IMG/VR virus record: IMGVR_UViG_3300032218_001136
Span: 1 to 38,335 of that record
Length of the DNA: 38,335 nt
Reading direction: 5' to 3' (one strand)
Source: a virus
Taxonomy: Duplodnaviria; Caudoviricetes
This document shows, one piece after another, positions 8,161 through 14,114 of the stretch. How positions within the stretch are numbered: the first letter of the stretch is position 1; every line of letters begins with the position of its first letter. Below the pieces are notes generated by a model. It saw only the letters and a list, made by a program, of their open reading frames with translations, made no database searches and was not told where the DNA came from. A program made the position numbers and the translations under genes.

Positions 8161-8327
8161 TGTGCTGTCTCCTTGTATGTTGCTTCTAGTTCCCGTTCAT
8201 GCCAGCCGATAACCTGAACACCGTCAGTGTGGATATAGTCCATTGCACATCCGTTGTCGTGTGTATCTATGTCTATCGCTAGTACGAGAGTTACCTCTAC
8301 TAGTTTGATTGTCTCTAATGCTTTCAT
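8157..8327 (-). CDS. Hypothetical protein, 56 aa
   Basis: Hand-translated MKALETIKLVEVTLVLAIDIDTHDNGCAMDYIHTDGVQVIGWHERELEATYKETAQ; RBS AAGGAG, ATGA overlaps. Confidence 0.65.
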   Translation of the reverse strand: MKALETIKLVEVTLVLAIDIDTHDNGCAMDYIHTDGVQVIGWHERELEATYKETAQ

Positions 8328-8545
8328 TGCTGTTCTCCTTCGTTGTTTGTTGGGCAGTCTGTGTATGGGTTTTCGTTTCCTTTGTTGTCTTCACAACTAC
8401 ACCAGCCAAATATCTCTACCTGTGTAGCGTGTGTAAGTTCGGCCAGTTCTGACTGATGAAATGACCGTTGTGATGGGTCTATTGTGCAGTCTTCGCACAT
8501 TCCCTCGTCTTGGTGGGGGCAAAACCCCCATTCTTTTACGTTCAT
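8324..8545 (-). CDS. Cys-rich hypothetical protein
   Basis: 73-aa ORF with CPH..CEDC and WCSCED..DCP; TAATG coupling. Confidence 0.65.
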   Translation of the reverse strand: MNVKEWGFCPHQDEGMCEDCTIDPSQRSFHQSELAELTHATQVEIFGWCSCEDNKGNENPYTDCPTNNEGEQQ

Positions 8546-9054
8546 TACTTTCCCCCTTCGCTGTTAGACGTTGCCATATCGAACGGGCACTCGGCCTTCT
8601 CACCGAATACCAACTCGTACATCATGCGCCCTGCTGCCCATTCGTCCCAGTTTCCATCAGAAGAGACGGAGACACAAGAGCCGTAGATATGCTTTGCCCT
8701 AATCAAAATGGCCGTAACCACTGCGTCATAAGGCTTATAGTTTGTTTTGCAGAAGTCAAAGATAGTTTCCTCACCCTTGCGCCATTCAGTCTGAGTAGGT
8801 ATTCCTGCCCAGTGAAATGTCTCGTGAGAATAATCTCTCCGCTCTCCCTCTTCGTCAATGGCCCGTGCGTCTCCATTGATTGCAAAGTAAGCCTCGTTGA
8901 AGTCTGGCTCTGCCTCTCCTTGATAATCGCGTACTCGTATGCCGTTCTCATTCGCCCAGTCACAAAGTTTCTTTGCGTCAAGCGATAGTTTCCCGAACAT
9001 ATAAGCCGAACCAGCGTTCTTGACTGGCCTATCCCAATAGTGTGTGTATCCCAT
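8545..9054 (-). CDS. Conserved hypothetical phage protein (MGYTHYW...FCKT..KPYD...SSDG)
   Basis: 169-aa ORF with strong RBS AAAGGAG. Confidence 0.8.
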   Translation of the reverse strand: MGYTHYWDRPVKNAGSAYMFGKLSLDAKKLCDWANENGIRVRDYQGEAEPDFNEAYFAINGDARAIDEEGERRDYSHETFHWAGIPTQTEWRKGEETIFDFCKTNYKPYDAVVTAILIRAKHIYGSCVSVSSDGNWDEWAAGRMMYELVFGEKAECPFDMATSNSEGGK

Positions 9055-9296
9055 TACTTATCTCCTTTGTTGTTGTTGTGTGTTACTGTATTACATTTAG
9101 AGGCAAAGGTCAAGTCAATGCCCGTAGCCTCGTGCCACGTCTCACCCTCGCCAGATATTGGCCGCACCTTGTAGTCCATATTGCCGTACCTATTGCGAGC
9201 GTCAAGTATCTCTACCTCAAAGGTCAGGCCAGTGCCAGAGACCCTGAGTAGGCCGCGCTTGCCTATATTTAGTGCTAATTCTCGTGCTGTTGCCAT
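9054..9296 (-). CDS. Hypothetical beta-rich protein
   Basis: 80-aa ORF with RBS GAGGA and TAATG coupling. Confidence 0.7.
   Translation of the reverse strand: MATARELALNIGKRGLLRVSGTGLTFEVEILDARNRYGNMDYKVRPISGEGETWHEATGIDLTFASKCNTVTHNNNKGDK
9085..9113 (-). promoter_or_regulatory. Internal SigA-type promoter
   Basis: Minus strand TTGACC, 17 nt spacer, TACAGT, followed by a CAA-rich leader and the RBS of the 8545..9054 gene. Confidence 0.6.
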
Positions 9297-9481
9297 TATT
9301 CCTCAATCCTCAACATTCCAAAGCCCTCATGGGTGCAATGTTCGTGGTAGCACTCCTCACAAAGCACCTTCTCCCAGTCATAGAGCCACCTTGACCCATG
9401 CTTAGTCTGGCCGACAGGGAATAAATTCCAGTCTTCTACTAGGTCGATATTGCAGTAATGGCATTGCTTTACTCTGTCCAT
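9296..9481 (-). CDS. Small Zn-finger-like protein
   Basis: CHYC...CEEC; TAATG coupling. Confidence 0.65.
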   Translation of the reverse strand: MDRVKQCHYCNIDLVEDWNLFPVGQTKHGSRWLYDWEKVLCEECYHEHCTHEGFGMLRIEE

Positions 9482-9636
9482 TAGTTCCCCCTCTTGTTTC
9501 TTTCGTTGTCTAGTTTGTATTGAGTTTGTTTGATGAACTTCTGACGGTCACGCTCTAGGGTTATCCCGAACCAGGTGCACAAGTAACAAAGACCAAGAAG
9601 GCCGACAAAGATTAGGCTTTCAGTAGTCGTGGTCAC
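9481..9636 (-). CDS. Small membrane-anchored protein, 51 aa
   Basis: GTG 9636 (GTGA overlap, RBS GGGAG); LIFVGLLGLCYLCTWFGITL then a charged tail. Confidence 0.6.
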   Translation of the reverse strand: MTTTTESLIFVGLLGLCYLCTWFGITLERDRQKFIKQTQYKLDNERNKRGN

Positions 9637-9842
9637 TTTGTCATCTCCCTGCAAACTACGCATGGCCGAGGCTCTGAAGAATAGCGCCTATCCCAGCCCC
9701 AGCGAATACCCGTCTCCTCTTCTTCGGCTAAACGTGCGTGCACGTTAGTCCCGTATTTTGGGTGAGTTTCCCAGCGCTTATCGGCGCATGAGTCACACAT
9801 AACTACGTCTAGGTCTAAATTGTTGGCAATGAAGTAAGTCAT
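9633..9842 (-). CDS. Small Zn-finger-like protein
   Basis: CDSC...CVVC; RBS AGGGG. Confidence 0.65.
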   Translation of the reverse strand: MTYFIANNLDLDVVMCDSCADKRWETHPKYGTNVHARLAEEEETGIRWGWDRRYSSEPRPCVVCREMTK

Positions 9843-10141
9843 TATTTCCCCTTTACTATTTCGGTCACTGCTTCGATTGCTTCTTCTGCTGTTTCGTAGG
9901 CTTGAAAGTCGCCTACCGTATCTATCTGCCCATCACGGTAGGCGATTCGGATAGTGAACTTCCGTGCATAGTTGCCATAGGTATCCTCTTCGCTTGAAAT
10001 AAAGTACTTGCCACCGTAAATAGTTGGCAGAACGTGAGAGGCGAAAAACCTCATAGTCTCGGGTGCAAACCAAGTGTGACCAATAGCCGCATTTAGTTTC
10101 TTGACCTGTTCAATGGTTCGGAAATAGTAGTCCGTTTTCAT
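9842..10141 (-). CDS. Hypothetical phage protein (WFAPETMRFF..YFISSE pattern)
   Basis: 99-aa ORF with RBS AAGGGG and a CA-rich leader. Confidence 0.75.
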   Translation of the reverse strand: MKTDYYFRTIEQVKKLNAAIGHTWFAPETMRFFASHVLPTIYGGKYFISSEEDTYGNYARKFTIRIAYRDGQIDTVGDFQAYETAEEAIEAVTEIVKGK

Positions 10142-10176
10142 AGTTTCCCCTTGTTGGTGTAGTTGGTTTGTGTGTC

Positions 10177-10229
10177 GGCTTTCGCCTTGTCCCTAGTTAC
10201 GATTGAACGTCACGCCCGAAGCGCTAGGG
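10177..10229 (-). other. Structured intergenic element (three-way junction with T-loop-like arm plus GAAA hairpin)
   Basis: CCCTAG/CTAGGG closing stem enclosing CGC-TTCGG-GCG and ACG-TTCAAT-CGT, followed by GGC-GAAA-GCC. Confidence 0.55.
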
Positions 10230-10236
10230 GTACGGA

Positions 10237-10419
10237 TTAGAGTCCGCAAGCCTTTAGAAACTTTTCTTCGTCAAAACGGTCATTTGTCTCACAGCATCGG
10301 CTAGTAACTTGAAGAATTAGCCTTTCAATCTGAATAGTTTCGGCTTTCCCTTTGTTCTTTGCGTGTTCGTAACTCTCTCTCAAAGTCTCTGCGATTAGTT
10401 GGTAGTCTTTGCGTGTCAT
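10237..10419 (-). CDS. Hypothetical phage protein (MTRKDY..IA...RFD..KF..AC), 60 aa
   Basis: ATG 10419 preceded by RBS AAAGGGG; first gene of the minus-strand cluster. Confidence 0.75.
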   Translation of the reverse strand: MTRKDYQLIAETLRESYEHAKNKGKAETIQIERLILQVTSRCCETNDRFDEEKFLKACGL

Positions 10420-10479
10420 GTAATCCCCTTTGTTGTGTTGTTTTCTTCCTGTACTAATCATAAGGCATAGGTAAGACAC

Positions 10480-11221
10480 TTGATAGCACCAAACAATCTC
10501 TTCTAGTACTACTAAGGCCAGTAAACCCTTGCAGGCAAAGGGCTAGAAATTGTAACCAAATTGTCACAAATAAAATGCCACGAAGAGCCACAGCAAACCG
10601 CACTAGTTAGGTATTCCTAACAACCAGAGCCAAAGCAAGCCGAAGAACAGCAAGTGCTAACAAAAGCAAGCATGGCACACACAACAGCAAGCACCTAGGC
10701 GAGACTCACACAAAGGCACTTTCTCCCGACTGTCGCCATTCGTACAGCACCGAGGGCAAGGGAGGGTAGGCCGAGTAGGTCAGTGGTTTGCATGAAAATT
10801 GAGTACCAGTAGGGGAGTTGGTATTGGCCGAGCACGTTCTCCATGTAGTAGGCCAGTGTGCGGATACCACCCGCAAGGCTGAGGGTTATCAGACAGAGAG
10901 ACTGGGGTATCTGCCGAGGCAGGTAGGGGTACCTCTAGGTGATATCACCGCTCGATAGTTTCACTCTTTTTGCTGTTCGGGTATCGTGTGAGTTTAGCGT
11001 CATACACTCAGGTTTTACCCATGCTCTAGAGGCGGGGTGGCTGCTTGCGTAACACAGATGTTTGACCTCTCGTTTTGAGAGCATGGTTTTATGTTCAACC
11101 GCAGAGTCTGAGGTGTGTGAGTAGTCAAAGTGTTTCGTTCGAGGGCAAGCCGCTTTAGCGGTGCGCCAGCCCAACGAGGCGTTAGCCGAGGCGGGAGTTG
11201 TTACCAACAGAGGAATAAAGC
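10480..11221. other. Non-coding control region (candidate origin and/or packaging site)
   Basis: No credible ORF; short direct repeats, several palindromes and an A/C-rich to G-rich compositional switch. Confidence 0.5.
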
Positions 11222-11436
11222 ATCCCCCCACTGTTTACCACCAATCGTGGAAGGTCGCCGTAGCCAATTTCTTTTAGCCGACACCTTGATTTGATGAGTT
11301 GACGTTCATCACGCTGCTTACCTATTTCAAAGAATAGATACCTACCCAGGTTCCCCTGTTTACGTCCCGCACCTTGCAACAGGTGTACGACCTTGCTTGC
11401 ATCGCTATTTACCAACAGTGACGACTTGTGAAGTTG
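11222..11436 (-). ncRNA. Candidate large structured ncRNA with multiple pseudoknots
   Basis: Dedicated promoter, two long-range stems, six internal hairpins, G-U pairs favouring the minus strand, and three loop-to-linker complementarities (details in findings). Confidence 0.7.
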
Positions 11437-11442
11437 TCTGTG

Positions 11443-11471
11443 ACTTTAGCAGGTAACATACATGATTGCAA
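11443..11471 (-). promoter_or_regulatory. SigA-type promoter driving the candidate ncRNA
   Basis: Minus strand TTGCAA, 17 nt spacer, TAAAGT with extended TGn. Confidence 0.7.
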
Positions 11472-11474
11472 CTA

Positions 11475-11483
11475 TGGTATATT
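11475..11483 (+). promoter_or_regulatory. Extended -10 promoter, probably leaderless
   Basis: TG-G-TATATT, then 6 nt, then ATG 11490; no SD sequence. Confidence 0.55.
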
Positions 11484-11489
11484 CATTTC

Positions 11490-12080
11490 ATGGACTGGAA
11501 CAATAATCTTTCTGATTGGAAAAATGAAGTAACCAAAATTGCTGGTACGGCTGGAAAAGTTGCAAAAACTGTAAACCATATTGCTGAAGAAGCAGTAGGT
11601 GTTGGTGATGCAAAGCGTTTTTTGAAGCACCCAACACTAGGTGGCGGTTTGAAAGTTGGTTTAGATATTGCCGCAGCAGCATTTGCCCCAGAAGCCATTG
11701 TCGCTCGTGGTGCAATAGAAGCAGAAAATGCTGGTCGTGCCGCTCAAGCCGTTTACAATGCTGGTCGTGTTGCAGAAGTTGAAGCAAAAATGGCACAACC
11801 GCTTACTCGAACAATGACTTTTCTTGGTCGAGAAGGTGCAATCCATGCTGGTCCAACTTCCACACGTGTAGTTGCAGATGCAGCATCAACTGGAGTATCC
11901 GCAGCAAGGCGTTTGGCTGGTTTAGAAAATGCTTCCGCAACTGGTGCTCGACAAGCATTTACCAATGCGGCAGCACCAGTCATTAGCAAAGCAGAACATT
12001 TGTCAAGAATTGTTAGTGGACTTGCAGGAGCACACGCTGGTTACAACGTTGGAGCAGCACCAAAGGTAAAAAAGAAGTAA
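11490..12080 (+). CDS. Ala/Gly-rich hypothetical protein upstream of the terminase
   Basis: Long ORF with phage-typical codon usage; ATG 11490 preferred over TTG 11466, which falls in the divergent promoter. Confidence 0.7.
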   Translation: MDWNNNLSDWKNEVTKIAGTAGKVAKTVNHIAEEAVGVGDAKRFLKHPTLGGGLKVGLDIAAAAFAPEAIVARGAIEAENAGRAAQAVYNAGRVAEVEAKMAQPLTRTMTFLGREGAIHAGPTSTRVVADAASTGVSAARRLAGLENASATGARQAFTNAAAPVISKAEHLSRIVSGLAGAHAGYNVGAAPKVKKK

Positions 12081-12093
12081 CATTCCCCCCCTT

Positions 12094-14073
12094 ATGGGAA
12101 CCAAACGTAAAGTAGCACCTGAAGATAAAGCAAAGTTTTTTGCTGCAGTAGCAGCAGGCTCATCTATCAGCCAGGCTTCTCGCATTGCTGGAGTACACGT
12201 CAATACTGGTTCCAAATGGCTTGCTAAATCAAAAGAAGCCAAAGCAAAACTAGACCAAGCAGTACTTGAATCTTCACGTGCCAATGCCCGTTCTGGTGGC
12301 AGACAACAAGCCAAATACGAACAAGACCTAGATGATGCAGTAAATCTACCCCCAGCGATTCCATATGGTCGGCTATGCCCAGAAGCAGAACGTGGTCTCA
12401 AAGACTTTGATTTCTTTCGCCGTTACTACTTGGGCCGTGTTCCGTCACCTTGGCAGGTAGAGGCAGCAGTAACCCTTGTAGAACTATTAGAACACCCCGA
12501 CAAAGAGTTTGTGGTACTCAATGTTCCACCAGGTGCTGGTAAATCCACCCTGTTCCACGATGTTGCTGTATGGGCAATCGTGCGCAACCGTTCAATCCGT
12601 GTGATGATTGGCTCAATTTCGCAGGCAATGGCAAAGCAGTACTCTCGCCGTATCCGTGAAACCCTAGAACGACCTCAACCAATCCAACCAGACCCAGAAG
12701 TAGTTAAAAAAGGGTTAGCGGTCAATGCCGAGGGATGTCTCTCAATCGACTATGGTCGTTTCAAACCATCAGATAAAGGCGCACTATGGCGGGCTGAAGA
12801 GTTTGTAGTAGAGCAACTAGACGGAAATGGCCTGGATAACAAAGAACCAACCGTTCGAGCATACGGAATTGACTCTGAATACATCGGACACCGTGCTGAC
12901 CTATGCCTATTTGATGACGTTGCCTCTGTGGATAACTGTCGTGAAGGTGCAACCCGTGACAAACTACTAGAAAGATGGGACCAAGTGGCCGAAGCACGTG
13001 TTGACCCATCTGGATTACTGGCAGTTGTCGGACAAAGACTGGGTTCTGGCGACCTATACGCCCATTGCTTAGCCAAAATCACCTATGAACTAGACGATGA
13101 AGAATATGACGGAGAAGATATGCTTACTCCAGAACAAGTTCAAAACCGTGAACCAATGAAGTCGTCTAAGTACAAGCACATTGTGTACAAAGCGTATTAC
13201 GCAGAACTAGATGATGGCCCTAAATCACGGCGCTTTGATGCTGAACCATACCCCAAAGGACCGTTACTAGACCCAAAGAGACTTTCATGGAAGGACTTGT
13301 CCTATATCCGTTACTCAAATCCCAATACGTTCAAAGTGGTGTATCAACAAGAGGATTCCCTGTCCGATACCAACCTCATAAACCGAACATGGATAACAGG
13401 CGGTCTAGGAGACGATGGCGTTTTGTATCAGGGTTGCATCGATAACGACAGATTGCCAGGCAAAGTCCCAGAAGGACTAAAACCACCAGTGATATCCCTC
13501 ATATCTGTCGACCCATCCCCATCACAATTCTGGGGTATCCAATGGTGGTTATACCAACCTGAGACAAACCTACGTTATTTGATTGACGTTGAACGAATCA
13601 AACTAACAGCCGAAGAATTACTTGGATATAACACAACAACAGGAGAGTACTCAGGAATCCTAGAAGAATGGACCAACCGTGCCTTTGCATATGGATACCC
13701 AGTTTCCCATATCGTGGTAGAAGTAAACGCAGCCCAGCGTTTCCTATTGGCTCACGACTTTGTACGTAAATGGCAAACCCGTCAGATGGTAAACGTTATC
13801 CCTCACACCACTCATAGAAACAAGTTCGATGAGAAACTAGGAATTGAAGCATTACTCCCACCGCTATATCGTTCTGGCGCTGTACGACTTCCATCCATGC
13901 GTGGCAACTGGAAAACCCTGGCCCTTGTCGATGAACTCACCAAATGGACTCCAGACAAAAAGAGTGGGACAGACCTTGTAATGGCTAACTGGTTTGCTGA
14001 ACTTCATTTCCCTAACGTGGGTGGAATAAAAATGCCGCCTCGACAATGGCGACCTTCGTGGATGCTAACGTAG
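12094..14073 (+). CDS. terL: Terminase large subunit with N-terminal HTH extension
   Basis: Walker A VPPGAGKST, Walker B LCLFDD, nuclease ISVDPS and TDLVMA; adjacent to the portal gene. Confidence 0.9.
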   Translation: MGTKRKVAPEDKAKFFAAVAAGSSISQASRIAGVHVNTGSKWLAKSKEAKAKLDQAVLESSRANARSGGRQQAKYEQDLDDAVNLPPAIPYGRLCPEAERGLKDFDFFRRYYLGRVPSPWQVEAAVTLVELLEHPDKEFVVLNVPPGAGKSTLFHDVAVWAIVRNRSIRVMIGSISQAMAKQYSRRIRETLERPQPIQPDPEVVKKGLAVNAEGCLSIDYGRFKPSDKGALWRAEEFVVEQLDGNGLDNKEPTVRAYGIDSEYIGHRADLCLFDDVASVDNCREGATRDKLLERWDQVAEARVDPSGLLAVVGQRLGSGDLYAHCLAKITYELDDEEYDGEDMLTPEQVQNREPMKSSKYKHIVYKAYYAELDDGPKSRRFDAEPYPKGPLLDPKRLSWKDLSYIRYSNPNTFKVVYQQEDSLSDTNLINRTWITGGLGDDGVLYQGCIDNDRLPGKVPEGLKPPVISLISVDPSPSQFWGIQWWLYQPETNLRYLIDVERIKLTAEELLGYNTTTGEYSGILEEWTNRAFAYGYPVSHIVVEVNAAQRFLLAHDFVRKWQTRQMVNVIPHTTHRNKFDEKLGIEALLPPLYRSGAVRLPSMRGNWKTLALVDELTKWTPDKKSGTDLVMANWFAELHFPNVGGIKMPPRQWRPSWMLT

Positions 14074-14114
14074 TATTGTAAACGCTGTAAATCAACCGCA
14101 GGAGAACTACGACA

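Noticed and set aside
10177-10229. tRNA gene
   Set aside because: Only a T-loop-like arm; no D or anticodon arm of proper geometry and no CCA end.
10585-10691. CRISPR mini-array
   Set aside because: Repeats are only 6-16 bp, degenerate and irregularly spaced; no cas genes.
10935-11415. ORFs 10935..11231 and 11182..11415 on the minus strand
   Set aside because: Non-ATG starts, no convincing SD, atypical composition, and overlap with dense RNA structure and palindromes.
11222-11436. Group I/II intron, RNase P or tmRNA identity for the structured RNA
   Set aside because: It does not interrupt a gene, and I cannot find the group I P7 core, a group II domain V, the RNase P GAGGAAAGUCC motif or tRNA-like ends. 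An internal GUGCG alone is insufficient.
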